Source: Nitrospira sp. (lineage in GTDB: Bacteria; Nitrospirota; Nitrospiria; Nitrospirales; Nitrospiraceae). Taken from it: a stretch of 64,000 bases of DNA. The position numbers and the translations under genes were made by a program. The notes below the pieces were generated by a model. It was not told the origin of the DNA, did no database searches, and saw only the letters and a program-made list of their open reading frames with translations. Below, piece by piece: positions 28,134 to 37,877 of this stretch; within the stretch, counting starts at the first letter, position 1; each line of letters starts with the position of its first letter. The DNA lies in contig DATIFR010000134.1 in the NCBI GenBank assembly GCA_035455145.1, positions 16,845-80,844 on the forward strand. Reading direction: 5' to 3'.

Positions 28134-30962
28134 ATGCTGATCATGCCCGACATTTCTCGTGCAGTCGCATCCGATCTTCGCCGTCTGCTCGGCAGCGATT
28201 TCGTCAAGGACGACGAGGCGACGAAGACCGCCTACGCCGTGGATGCGAGCATCTACCGGATGACACCGCAGGCCGTCGTCCTGGTGGAGTCGGAAGAGCA
28301 TATCCAAACCGTCATCCGATACGCGGTTTCACGAGGTGTCGGACTCACGGCACGTGCCGCTGGGACGAATCTCACCGGTTCGGCGATCGGTTCCGGGATC
28401 ATTCTCGACGTTTCCCGGCTTCATCGAATCATTGAAGTGAATCGGGAAGAACGGTGGGCTCGGGTGCAGCCGGGGATCGTCTTGGCCGAGTTGAATAAGC
28501 AGCTTGCGCCCCAAGGGTTGATGTTTGGACCAGATCCGTCGAGCGGGGAGATGTGCAAGCTGGGGGGAATGTTAGCGAATAATTCAGCCGGCCCCCACAC
28601 CCTTCGCTATGGTGCGGTAAAGGACAATGTGGAGGCGCTTCGTGTCTGTCTCCACTCCGGCGAGTGGGTGGATGCGCGCGACTATGCAGTCGACGATCCT
28701 CGTCTCTCCGCACTCCTATCCTCTCATGCAGCCCTTCAAGAGACCTGGTCGCTTGTCCATGCACAGCAGGCGTTGCTCGAGCAGAAGCGTCCCACGGTCA
28801 GCAAGAACAGTTGCGGGTACAACCTCTTTGGATTGGCTGAGGGATTGATGCGCGGCCGGTTCGATCTGCCGAAGCTCTTCGTTGGCAGTGAGGGCACCTT
28901 GGGGTTGTTCAGCGAGGCGACCATCAAGCTCGTCGAGAAACCGCGGGCGAGTCTGACGGCGTTGATTCATTTCAAGCGACTGGAAGAGGTTGGCGATGCC
29001 GTGCCGAAGTTGCTGGAGTTGGCGCCCAGCGCACTGGAAGTGATGGACGCCAACACGCTCGATCTTATCGGTCGAGCAAGACACGGCATTCCAACTGACG
29101 CAGCTGCGACGTTGCTGGCTGAGTTGGACACGGGCGGCCTTCAGATCGATTTGCGGGCCCAGGCCGAGCGCATGGCCGCTCTCTGTCGTGGCTACCAGCT
29201 TTCCTCGGAGGTCGTCATCGCCTACGATCAGGAGCAGCGCGATCAGCTTTGGAAAGCCCGCAAAGCGCTTTATCCCACCCTCTATCGATTCGATTCGCGA
29301 AAGAAGCCGATTAATTTCGTCGATGACGTGGTCGTCCGGGCAGAGCGGATCAGCGAGCTCATGCGCTATCTGGAAGACTTCTTCCACGGCCAGCGCGTGC
29401 CGGTCGCGATCTTCGGACACATCGGAAACGGTAACGCCCACATTGTGCCGTTGCTCGATGTGAACAATGAGCAGGATTTCCAGAAGATGGTTCAGGGCTA
29501 CCACGAGATTCATCAGACCGTGTTGGACCGATTCGGCGGATCGATCTGCGGGGAGCATGGCGATGGTCGCGTGCGGGCCGAGTACGTCAGCAAAATGTTC
29601 GGGCCTGAACTCTATGCCCTGTTTGTCCGGGTGAAGCGAAGTTTCGATCCGGCAGGGGTGCTGAATCCCGGCATCAAGATCAGCGACCGTCCCTTCACCG
29701 AGCATATCGACTACACCAGGCTCTCAAAAGCCTGCGCCACCTGTGCCAAATGCAACGCCGTCTGTCCGGTATACGACGTATTCCGCTCCGAGGATATGAG
29801 TTCGCGTGGCTGGTTTGAAATCGTGACCGACAAGAACTACAGCTACCTTCAATCGAAACGAGTCGTCGAGGCCTGTCTCAATTGTAAGTCCTGCCGGACT
29901 GCCTGCCCGGCCGGCGTCGATGTCTCACAACTGATCCTGGATCGGCGCGCGGAGCATCCCAATAAACTCGCAGGTCTGATATTCGCATTTCATGCGCAAT
30001 CAATGCTGTTTGGCATATTCTTAAAGTTATTAGCGATATTTCAACCGATCTGGGATCGCCCGGGCATCAGGCGATTCTTGGATATTGCCACGAAGCCGAT
30101 TCTACGACATTTGGCAGAGACGGCGAGATGGTCTCCTCAACTGGTTATGCCCACGTTGGCTCGAAGGCATCTTCGCGACCGCTATGCGGGGTTGGTGCCA
30201 CAGGTTGGTCTGACTCCTCGGTCCAAGGTCGCCTACTTTCATGGCTGCGCCGCCAATTACTTCGATGACGGCGTCGGAGATGCGGTCATCGCCGTGCTGA
30301 GAAGGCATGGGGTGGAGCCGGATCTGCCGCCGCAGCGCTGCTCCGGCACGCCGATCGAAACCTATGGTCATCGCGAGTTGGCCCGGGAAGGGGCTCGCGT
30401 GAATCTTCAATCGCTCGCCGGGTACGAAACGGTCGTGACCGGCTGTGCCTCCTGCACGCTCGCACTTAGAGATTATCCGGCCCTGTTTGCCGGTGAGCCC
30501 GAGCAACAGGCGGCTCAGGCGCTGGCCACAAAGGTAAAGCATATTTCCGAATTCGTGGCGCAATCGCCAGTGAAGCCCCCGATGGCGGGTGTTGCATCAA
30601 CGACCGGCACGGTCACCTATCATTCTTCTTGCCATTTGCGGGCGGCGGGTGTGACAAAGGAGCCGCGCCAGTTGCTGCAGAGCCTGCCCGGGGTCGAGTA
30701 CGTCGAGATGCCCGATGCAGATCGTTGCGCGGGCGGGGCGGGGACGTACCTCGTGAAGGACTTCGATAGCTCTCAACGAATCGTGGAGCGGAAGCGCCGG
30801 GCGGTGGAACAGAGCGGCGCCGGGATGGTGGCCACGAGTTGCCCGGCCTGCATGATCCAGCTGCGTACGGGACTGCATGGCGCGGCCAGGGTCAAGCACA
30901 TCGCTCAACTGTTACAGGAAGCCTATGATGCTGCGGATCCAAAGAAAGCGATGACCCTATGA
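28134..30962 (+). CDS. FAD-linked oxidase fused to a 4Fe-4S/CCG domain (GlcD-GlcF or D-lactate dehydrogenase type)
   Basis: RAAGTNLTG, GGMLANNSAG, GSEGTLG, GHIGNGNAH, GEHGDG, LNPG; CATCAKC and CLNCKSCRTACP; two CCG-like domains. Confidence 0.92.
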   Translation: MLIMPDISRAVASDLRRLLGSDFVKDDEATKTAYAVDASIYRMTPQAVVLVESEEHIQTVIRYAVSRGVGLTARAAGTNLTGSAIGSGIILDVSRLHRIIEVNREERWARVQPGIVLAELNKQLAPQGLMFGPDPSSGEMCKLGGMLANNSAGPHTLRYGAVKDNVEALRVCLHSGEWVDARDYAVDDPRLSALLSSHAALQETWSLVHAQQALLEQKRPTVSKNSCGYNLFGLAEGLMRGRFDLPKLFVGSEGTLGLFSEATIKLVEKPRASLTALIHFKRLEEVGDAVPKLLELAPSALEVMDANTLDLIGRARHGIPTDAAATLLAELDTGGLQIDLRAQAERMAALCRGYQLSSEVVIAYDQEQRDQLWKARKALYPTLYRFDSRKKPINFVDDVVVRAERISELMRYLEDFFHGQRVPVAIFGHIGNGNAHIVPLLDVNNEQDFQKMVQGYHEIHQTVLDRFGGSICGEHGDGRVRAEYVSKMFGPELYALFVRVKRSFDPAGVLNPGIKISDRPFTEHIDYTRLSKACATCAKCNAVCPVYDVFRSEDMSSRGWFEIVTDKNYSYLQSKRVVEACLNCKSCRTACPAGVDVSQLILDRRAEHPNKLAGLIFAFHAQSMLFGIFLKLLAIFQPIWDRPGIRRFLDIATKPILRHLAETARWSPQLVMPTLARRHLRDRYAGLVPQVGLTPRSKVAYFHGCAANYFDDGVGDAVIAVLRRHGVEPDLPPQRCSGTPIETYGHRELAREGARVNLQSLAGYETVVTGCASCTLALRDYPALFAGEPEQQAAQALATKVKHISEFVAQSPVKPPMAGVASTTGTVTYHSSCHLRAAGVTKEPRQLLQSLPGVEYVEMPDADRCAGGAGTYLVKDFDSSQRIVERKRRAVEQSGAGMVATSCPACMIQLRTGLHGAARVKHIAQLLQEAYDAADPKKAMTL

Positions 30963-31201
30963 AGCTTCGCAAGGCCGATTGGCTGTTTGTATTGTTCGCG
31001 GTCGTCGTCGTGGCGGCGGTGTCCATGTTGCCGACGCCGAAAGACCGGAATCCGATGATTCCGGCAAGCGCCGAGCATCGCGCCATCACAACCGAGAAAG
31101 AGTGCGCGTATTGCCATCAGGCCGATGGTGTGAAACCGGTGCCGGCGCGTCACCCCAAGCGGCAGGATTGTTTCCGCTGCCATGCCCGTGCTTCGACGTG
31201 A
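30959..31201 (+). CDS. Small membrane-anchored diheme cytochrome c
   Basis: N-terminal TM; CAYCH and CFRCH; extra His in AEH and RHP; ATGA overlap with the oxidoreductase stop. Confidence 0.85.
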   Translation: MKLRKADWLFVLFAVVVVAAVSMLPTPKDRNPMIPASAEHRAITTEKECAYCHQADGVKPVPARHPKRQDCFRCHARAST

Positions 31202-31323
31202 GGGGGTACGAGGGCAAATAAGACGTGCCGAGGACTCCCGGAAGTGCTGAGCGCTGGGACGTAACTGTTGAACGAGCAGGTCTGACGGGTGAACGTCGGT
31301 AACTGATAAAGGACGCCAAAACC

Positions 31324-31602
31324 ATGGTCACAGTGCTGATATTCGGGCTGACGCTGCGCAACGCGGTCGGTGAGAGCGAACTTGATGTCGAACTTTCGGG
31401 AGTGACGACGGTGAAGAAACTCGTTGAGGCCAATCAGGACCGGTTAGGCGGGCTCGCACCGTACATGGCAAACAGAGAAGTGTTGATCACCGTGAACAAG
31501 AAAGTCAGCACCGATGATACGGCGGTGAAGTCCGGCGACGTCGTGAAATTCTCGTTCCAATCGCGCACGTCATACGACGGCACGCGTGACATTCCGACCT
31601 AA
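31324..31602 (+). CDS. MoaD/ThiS-like beta-grasp protein lacking a C-terminal Gly-Gly
   Basis: VTVLIFG..LR, ITVN, VKSGDVV pattern; ends SYDGTRDIPT. Confidence 0.75.
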   Translation: MVTVLIFGLTLRNAVGESELDVELSGVTTVKKLVEANQDRLGGLAPYMANREVLITVNKKVSTDDTAVKSGDVVKFSFQSRTSYDGTRDIPT

Positions 31603-31618
31603 GGCAACAGCTCAACTC

Positions 31619-32272
31619 CTACGTCTGCGCACCCTCAACGCGGCTCTTGTATTCCAGGAAGAGCTTGCTATGTCGATTACCGGTGAGTTCCAGCGTCAAG
31701 GTACCTTCCGCCGTCTCCCAAGCGGCATGGTAATGCAGGTGTCCGATCATCACGGCGACACCCCAGTAGTCCGGAACCGGCTGATAGAGATCGTTATCCC
31801 ACACGATACGATCGTGGAGCGGAATGCCATAGGTTTCGATTAACGTGCGTTTCAGCGCTTCGTAGTAGCCGATGAATTCATTTAACCCGTTCAAAGGCCG
31901 TTGCAGGACGATGTACTGGCCTCGCACGAGCGATTCCCGCTTGAACTCATAGCCCTCCAGCACTCCATGGTCTGAAATATTGCGGAGATAAATGAGCGTA
32001 CCCTGTTCGTCTCGCTCGATCTCGCCGGCGACAGTGGTCCGAAGCCTGTCAGGGGTCTCTCCCCAGTGACTATGGAGATTGTCCAAGAAGGCGAGTGCTT
32101 GCTTCGTGACTTCCGCCTGCAGCGTGGCGTCATCAATGTCGTCGAAAGGCACTCCGGCATCGGGAGGTCCGAAGTCAGGCAATTCAGCCAGTCCGATTGC
32201 CGGGATCGTCGCGATGGCCAGGATAAGGAAGGCAGAACGAAGACTGCGCATGGGCAGCACCTTAGATTGCAA
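31619..32272 (-). CDS. Hypothetical exported protein
   Basis: Signal peptide-like N-terminus (MRSLRSAFLILAIATIPAIGLA), globular composition. Confidence 0.7.
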   Translation of the reverse strand: MQSKVLPMRSLRSAFLILAIATIPAIGLAELPDFGPPDAGVPFDDIDDATLQAEVTKQALAFLDNLHSHWGETPDRLRTTVAGEIERDEQGTLIYLRNISDHGVLEGYEFKRESLVRGQYIVLQRPLNGLNEFIGYYEALKRTLIETYGIPLHDRIVWDNDLYQPVPDYWGVAVMIGHLHYHAAWETAEGTLTLELTGNRHSKLFLEYKSRVEGAQT

Positions 32273-32308
32273 CAGGGGGTTCGGTCTACCCTACGAAAGT
32301 GCAGGGGG

Positions 32309-34834
32309 TCAGCGCGAGTGAGACTTGGCCTTCGCGGTCGGTGGAGCCGCGAGAGGATCGTCGGGCCAGTGATGTTTAGGGTAGCGGCCACGGAGTTCTT
32401 TGCGCACACCCTGATAGGCGTTGGCCCAAAAGCTGGCGAGATCCTTGGTCACCTGGACCGGCCGCTTCGCCGGTGATAACAAATGCAGCATGACGGGAAC
32501 CTGTCCGCCCGCCACACGCGGAGTCTCCTTGCAGCCGAACATTTCTTGCAGCCGCACGGCGAGGACCGGCAGGTCCGAAGTATTATATTCGAGGCGGACA
32601 TGCGATCCACTCGGCACGGTGAGATGCGTGGGAGCCTGCCGCTCCAACTGGCGTTGCTGCTCCCACGTCAGGATCGCATGGAGCGGTGTCGAAAGATCGA
32701 GCCGTTTCACGCGGTCCAGGGTGGTGATGCCCTCCAGATAGGGGCCGAGCCATTGGTCGAGGGTCTGCAGCAACGCCTCATCCGACAGATCCGGCCAGGT
32801 TGCAGCATCACCTTCAACCCGCCTGAGAAATTGGACGCGTGCACGCCATTGTTGCAACTCAGGTGTCCATGCCAAAGCGCCAAGCCCTGCTCGACGCACT
32901 CCCTGCAAGAGCGCCGTCGCAATCGATGACGGATCCGGTTTCGAGAGCGCCTGTTCCGACAACACCAGCGCGCCGAGCCGTCGTTGTCTCGAGGCCAACA
33001 CCGCCTTGGCTCGATCGTCCCACGCGACGGCTTCGCTCTGTACGATGTCGCCGGCATACAGCGACTCGATGTCCTTGAGTCCAATCGGTGCGGCCAGATC
33101 GATTCTCGCCCACTGTGTTCCCCCCTCGAGATCGGCAATGACCAGATATGGCTCCGACGCGAGCGGATCCGGGCTGGCGAAGAGCGCGCCGCGTCCGTTC
33201 GTCAGGAGGTAGCGTGCCTCGGTTCCGGCCTGACGTTGGGCAATCCGATCCGGATAGGCCAATGCAAGCAACCGGCCGGTATCATCGACATGGTCATGAG
33301 CAACGGGCTTGGCCGGTTTCATCACTCGACCCAATTGTTGCCGCCAGAGCTTGGCCGTTCGTTTCACGCGCTGGCAGGCCCCGCGATCCACCGTGGCTCC
33401 CGCCGCATGATCCGGCTGCCCATGCAGCACGTCCAGCCGGAGGCGAAGATCGGCGTTTCGCCATCCGGACGGCCCGCGGAGAATGTCTCGCTCGCTCAAC
33501 AGCGCGGCGATGTCGCAAGCCAGAGTCGTCGACTGCGGAGAGCCAGCCTTGAGCAGCATGTGGGAAAGGCGCGGGTGGAGCGGCAGCTCAGCCATTTGTT
33601 TTCCGCGCGGAGTGATGCGGCCTGTCAGATCCAAAGCTCCCAGTCGAGTGAGTAGGTCTCTGGCCTGTGCCACGGAACCGGAGGGAGGTGAGGTGAGCCA
33701 GGACAGTTCCGACGGATCACTCGTTCCCCACAGCGCCAACTCCAACACCAGCGGTGCGAGGTCGGCATCCAGCATCTCAGGAGGCCGGCGCGCCGTGAGC
33801 GACGCCTGTTCCTTTTCCGTCCAGAGGCGGTAACAGATTCCCGGCTCCAGACGACCGGCCCGGCCCCGCCGCTGTTCGGCAGAATCCTGCGTAACGCGGA
33901 TCGTTTCCAGCCTGGTGAGGCCGGACCGTGGATCGAAGCGCGGGACTCGTAGCAGACCCGCATCGATGACGACACGAACGCCGTCGATCGTCAAGCTGGT
34001 TTCGGCGATGGATGTCGCAAGCACGACCTTTCTGGTGCCGGGCGCGGCCGGCGCAATCGCCGCATCCTGCGCAGCTTGCGGCAAGTCACCGTGCAGCGGG
34101 GCGAGGTGAATGGTCGGACTCAGGTTCGCATCGAGAAGCTTCCGTTCGACACGACGGATCTCCGCCATGCCGGGCAGGAAGACGAGCAGGCTGCCTTGAT
34201 CCTGTGCCAGTGACCGTCTGATGATCTGTGTGACAGCGACGTCGAGGTGGCCTGAGAGGGGTTGGTCGAGATAGCGCGTTTCCACCGGGAACATGCGACC
34301 TTCGCAGGTGATCACCGGAGCTCCGCCAAGGAGGTCGCCGACCGGTCCGCAATCCAAGGTGGCCGACATCACGAGGAGGCGAAGCGTCGGCCGAAAGAAC
34401 CGTTGTGTTTCGAGGCAGAGCGCTAAGCCGGTATCCGCTTGGAGGCTCCGTTCATGGAACTCGTCGAAGAGGACGGCGCCGTAGCCGTTGAGCGAAGGAT
34501 CCTGTTGGAGGAGGCGGGTGAGAATGCCCTCCGTTACGACTTCGATGCGCGTTGTTGAACTCACCTTCGTGTCCAGGCGCATCCGATAGCCGACTGTGGC
34601 GCCGACTGGCTCCTGCAGCGTCGAGGCCATACGATGGGCCGCAGCGCGAGCGGCGAGCCGGCGAGGTTCCAGGAGAAGCAGCTTCTTGCCTTCCAGCCAT
34701 GGCGCGTCGAAGAGCGCCAGCGGCACGCGCGTGGTCTTGCCCGCGCCTGGCGGAGCCGTGAGCAGGGCATTGCGGCCGGCCGTCAGCGTGTCGCGGAGTC
34801 GTGGCAGGACATCTTCTATTGGGAGTCGGTTCAT
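32309..34834 (-). CDS. hrpB: ATP-dependent RNA helicase HrpB
   Basis: APPGAGKTT, EPRRLAAR, DEFHERS, MSATL, ATSIAETSLTI, QRRGRAGR; C-terminal ELRGRYPKHHWPDDP. Confidence 0.96.
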   Translation of the reverse strand: MNRLPIEDVLPRLRDTLTAGRNALLTAPPGAGKTTRVPLALFDAPWLEGKKLLLLEPRRLAARAAAHRMASTLQEPVGATVGYRMRLDTKVSSTTRIEVVTEGILTRLLQQDPSLNGYGAVLFDEFHERSLQADTGLALCLETQRFFRPTLRLLVMSATLDCGPVGDLLGGAPVITCEGRMFPVETRYLDQPLSGHLDVAVTQIIRRSLAQDQGSLLVFLPGMAEIRRVERKLLDANLSPTIHLAPLHGDLPQAAQDAAIAPAAPGTRKVVLATSIAETSLTIDGVRVVIDAGLLRVPRFDPRSGLTRLETIRVTQDSAEQRRGRAGRLEPGICYRLWTEKEQASLTARRPPEMLDADLAPLVLELALWGTSDPSELSWLTSPPSGSVAQARDLLTRLGALDLTGRITPRGKQMAELPLHPRLSHMLLKAGSPQSTTLACDIAALLSERDILRGPSGWRNADLRLRLDVLHGQPDHAAGATVDRGACQRVKRTAKLWRQQLGRVMKPAKPVAHDHVDDTGRLLALAYPDRIAQRQAGTEARYLLTNGRGALFASPDPLASEPYLVIADLEGGTQWARIDLAAPIGLKDIESLYAGDIVQSEAVAWDDRAKAVLASRQRRLGALVLSEQALSKPDPSSIATALLQGVRRAGLGALAWTPELQQWRARVQFLRRVEGDAATWPDLSDEALLQTLDQWLGPYLEGITTLDRVKRLDLSTPLHAILTWEQQRQLERQAPTHLTVPSGSHVRLEYNTSDLPVLAVRLQEMFGCKETPRVAGGQVPVMLHLLSPAKRPVQVTKDLASFWANAYQGVRKELRGRYPKHHWPDDPLAAPPTAKAKSHSR

Positions 34835-34887
34835 GCTAGGGTTTGCCGTCACGAGGAGACTGTAGCAGAAGCCGATCTAGAGAAGGA

Positions 34888-35541
34888 ATGGCGAGAGCCA
34901 CTAAGTCGATGGTGGACGTACAACAGGTCATCGAGCACATCCGGAATGCCTTTCGCAACACGGTGCATCCCGGCGACGCGTTTTTGCAGGGCAGCCAGGA
35001 AGGCTGTGAGCCAGGAGAAGCGATTGCCCCCTTCAAGGGTCTCGCCCACTGGATGCAGGTCGATCCTGCGATTCTCGATCCCGCTTACACGGCTCTGAGC
35101 TTTCTATCGGAGGGAGGCTTCCGGCATTTTCTTCCCGCGTTCTTGATTGCCGATCTTGAAGGCCGCTTGCAAACCGCAGATCCGGTCTTCCATCTCACGA
35201 ACGGATTCTCCGACAAGGTCGTGAAGTTGCCGGCCGGGACGAGGGTTTACGAAAAGACGATCGGGAAATCGGCATTTGTGAATCCCAGACGGTACGGGGC
35301 GATGACGTGGCAGGATCATGCGCGCGGCCAGTTGTCCATTTTTGCGCGGGAGGAAGCCTGTGCCATCGTGGCCTACCTGGAATACAAGCGGGATGCCGAT
35401 CCGCACGGACTCAATTGCGACGAGATCAATGCGGCCCTCGACGGCTTTTGGCGGGATCGGGCCAAACAGGCGCCGACGCAGGAAGCGCTGCGGCAGTATT
35501 TGCAGTCGGAAGAGGAGTATTTCAAAAATCTCAGAGTGTAG
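34888..35541 (+). CDS. Hypothetical protein (resembles DUF6714-type proteins)
   Basis: LSFLSEGGFRHFLPAFL motif; AAGGA RBS. Family name recalled, not verified. Confidence 0.65.
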   Translation: MARATKSMVDVQQVIEHIRNAFRNTVHPGDAFLQGSQEGCEPGEAIAPFKGLAHWMQVDPAILDPAYTALSFLSEGGFRHFLPAFLIADLEGRLQTADPVFHLTNGFSDKVVKLPAGTRVYEKTIGKSAFVNPRRYGAMTWQDHARGQLSIFAREEACAIVAYLEYKRDADPHGLNCDEINAALDGFWRDRAKQAPTQEALRQYLQSEEEYFKNLRV

Positions 35542-35568
35542 GGAGCCTGTCCCTGCAGGAAAGAATCG

Positions 35569-35766
35569 ATGGCGATGTATCAATGGACGACGACGAAGCC
35601 CACCGAAGCCGGATGGTATTGGTTTCGGGGCCAGGCACACGAGGCCGATCCCTTTATCGTGCAGGTTGATGAGGTCGGGCAGTTTCAATGGCCGGACGGG
35701 GGATATCAGGAGGTGAAGCTGGCCAAAGGAGAGTGGGCGGGGCCGATTGAGGAGCCGGGCGAGTGA
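35569..35766 (+). CDS. Small Trp-rich hypothetical protein
   Basis: WTTTKPTEAGWYWFR...EWAGPI, a PTxxGWYW motif seen in small phage/accessory proteins. Confidence 0.65.
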   Translation: MAMYQWTTTKPTEAGWYWFRGQAHEADPFIVQVDEVGQFQWPDGGYQEVKLAKGEWAGPIEEPGE

Positions 35767-35769
35767 GTT

Positions 35770-35948
35770 GGTGAGACAGGTGCTCCCTGTGCTCGCGGAA
35801 CGCGACACGCGGGAACAATCGGATGCTTAAATCATGGGCGGTGTTCGTTCGACGCGCGCACGATGGGAGCAACCTGTCTCACCCTACAAGAAGAGCAGCT
35901 CCATTGGCCTAGGAGGAAAAGGAAAGCGAGCAAGCTTGGAAGGAGTGT
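35770..35948 (+). repeat. Structured repeat module X plus conserved 23-nt tail
   Basis: Outer stem GGTGAGACAGGT-GCTCCC / GGGAGC-A-ACCTGTCTCACC; core shared with 43084, 55183 and 57747; tail at 35926-35948. Confidence 0.85.
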
Positions 35949-36015
35949 TTGTGGGCGGAGCCGATTGAGGAGCCAAAAGAATAGGAAGTGGGTCCTGTCG
36001 CTGACCTCACAGGAA

Positions 36016-36199
36016 GCCTTCGGGTTCGGCTCACGTACCTCCCGGAGCGATCCTTTCGGGCTTCGTAGGGTGGAAGCCTTCTGGAATTCCCTCAGCCACG
36101 GTCTTCCGACCGTGGTGCTTTGGTCAGTTCCAGCTTTCCATCCCGCCTTAGCCTCGGTGGATACCTCGCTCCTCCGGTAAAGTTCGCGAGCCCGAAGGC
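36016..36199. repeat. Structured repeat family W, copy 1
   Basis: Closed by a 13-bp stem GCCTTCGGGTTCG / CGAGCCCGAAGGC; its core is homologous to 52600-52730. Confidence 0.75.
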
Positions 36200-36224
36200 G
36201 TTCCGTGAGATGAAAAGGAGTGGG

Positions 36225-36311
36225 TGGAGCGCAGGTCAGCGCCACCCGCGCTGGTGAACTCTCAATCGGCCGAAGGGGAGAAAGAAATACGAGCGAGCGT
36301 GGAGGGAGCAT
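36225..36311 (+). repeat. 3' fragment of module Z plus 23-nt tail
   Basis: GGTCAGCGCCACCCGC as in 40486-40500; tail ACGAGCGAGCGTGGAGGGAGCAT at 36289-36311. Confidence 0.75.
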
Positions 36312-36364
36312 TCAGAAGGGACAGCGGGCAGGAGTCGGTCTTTAGTCATCGAGGAAGATGATTG

Positions 36365-37828
36365 ATGCGGGAACAGCCGGTTGAGCCACATGTGTTTGTC
36401 ATTGTCGGTGGGACAGGCGATCTGACGCACAGGAAACTCTTGCCCGCTCTCTACCATCTGCGCGGTCAGGGTGTGCTGGAAAAACAGAACACGCTGATCG
36501 TCGGAGCGGCGTTGCCAGAGATGAGCGAAGAGGGGTATCGCCTCTGGGCCTACGAAGGTCTGCAGAAGTCTGGCGTGCGCCATGACAAGGAACTCAGGGC
36601 CTGGTGCGAAGCCTGTATCCATTATCAGTCCGTTCACGAGGGGAAGCCCAAGGATTTCGAAGCCTTGGCCGCCTTCATCCGGCGGTTGGAACGGTCGCGC
36701 AGCATGCCGGAAAACCGCATCTTCTACCTGGCCTTGCCGCCAGAAGTAGTCCCGAGCACCATGGAGCGGTTGGATCATACGGGACTTCTGAAGAGCCACG
36801 GCTGGGTCCGCGTCGTATTTGAAAAACCGTTTGGACACGACTTTCATTCGGCGCGGGCATTGAACACCACACTGCACCGCTACCTGGACGAATCCCAGAT
36901 CTATCGCATTGACCATTACCTGGGCAAAGAGACGGTACAGAATCTGTTGGCGTTTCGTTTTGCCAACCCGATTTTCGAGTCGCTCTGGAAGCGTGATGCC
37001 ATTGAGAGCATCGAAATCACCGTCGCGGAAGATCTCGGTGTCGAGCATCGCGGCGCCTATTACCAGCAGGCCGGTGCCCTGCGTGATATGGTGCAGAACC
37101 ATCTCACCCAGCTGATGACGGTTGTGGCCATGGAAGTACCGGTGTCGTTCGATGCGGTGGCCATCCGGAGTGAAAAACTGAAGGTCCTGCATTCTATTGC
37201 GCCGATCAACCCGCACGATGTCGTCTTCGGCCAATACACGGCCTGGAGATCCGGCAGCGTGAATATTCCTGGTTATCTCGAAGAGAAAGGCATTCCGAAG
37301 GATTCGACCACGGAGACGTTTGTGGCCTTGAAGGCGGAAATCCACAATTGGCGATGGAAGGGCGTGATGTTCTATCTGAGGACCGGCAAGCGGCTTCCGC
37401 GCAAGCTGACCCAGATTGCGGTGACGTTTCACGAAGCGCCTACGCAGGTGTTCCGTTCGCTCGATCCCGGGAGCATTCCACCCAACAAGTTGCTGGTCAC
37501 GCTGCAGCCGAGCGAAGGATTCGCGCTCTGTTTCTCCGTGAAGACGCCGGGACGCCCGTTCCGATTTACCGACCACGCACTGCAATTTAGTTATGAGGAG
37601 GCGTTTGGCGAACTGCCGGAAGCCTACGAGACGCTGCTACGCGACGTGATGATCGGTGATCAGACGCTCTTCGTCAGTGCCGAGTTTACTGAAACTGCCT
37701 GGCGTCTCTATGATCCGGTCATTGTTGGTGAACATACGGTGCACAACTATACCGCTGCGACGTGGGGGCCACGCGAAGCGGACATGCTGCTGGAACGGAA
37801 CGGACATCGGTGGCAGCTGGGATGGTAA
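36365..37828 (+). CDS. zwf: Glucose-6-phosphate 1-dehydrogenase
   Basis: GGTGDLTHRKL, EKPFG, YRIDHYLGKE, LRDMVQNH, ETFVA, RTGKRL. Confidence 0.96.
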   Translation: MREQPVEPHVFVIVGGTGDLTHRKLLPALYHLRGQGVLEKQNTLIVGAALPEMSEEGYRLWAYEGLQKSGVRHDKELRAWCEACIHYQSVHEGKPKDFEALAAFIRRLERSRSMPENRIFYLALPPEVVPSTMERLDHTGLLKSHGWVRVVFEKPFGHDFHSARALNTTLHRYLDESQIYRIDHYLGKETVQNLLAFRFANPIFESLWKRDAIESIEITVAEDLGVEHRGAYYQQAGALRDMVQNHLTQLMTVVAMEVPVSFDAVAIRSEKLKVLHSIAPINPHDVVFGQYTAWRSGSVNIPGYLEEKGIPKDSTTETFVALKAEIHNWRWKGVMFYLRTGKRLPRKLTQIAVTFHEAPTQVFRSLDPGSIPPNKLLVTLQPSEGFALCFSVKTPGRPFRFTDHALQFSYEEAFGELPEAYETLLRDVMIGDQTLFVSAEFTETAWRLYDPVIVGEHTVHNYTAATWGPREADMLLERNGHRWQLGW

Positions 37829-37877
37829 GCGTGCGATGTGCAGGGGGTAGGAGTGAAGTCATCAAGAGGAGGTTTGA

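Noticed and set aside
35832-36311. ORF MLPPRSLV..., and similar ORFs over repeats (51977-52261, 55258-55803, 57727-58209, 47152-47574)
   Set aside because: They are translations of the non-coding repeats (the tail's reverse complement begins with ATG). Frames are not conserved between copies and composition is not protein-like.
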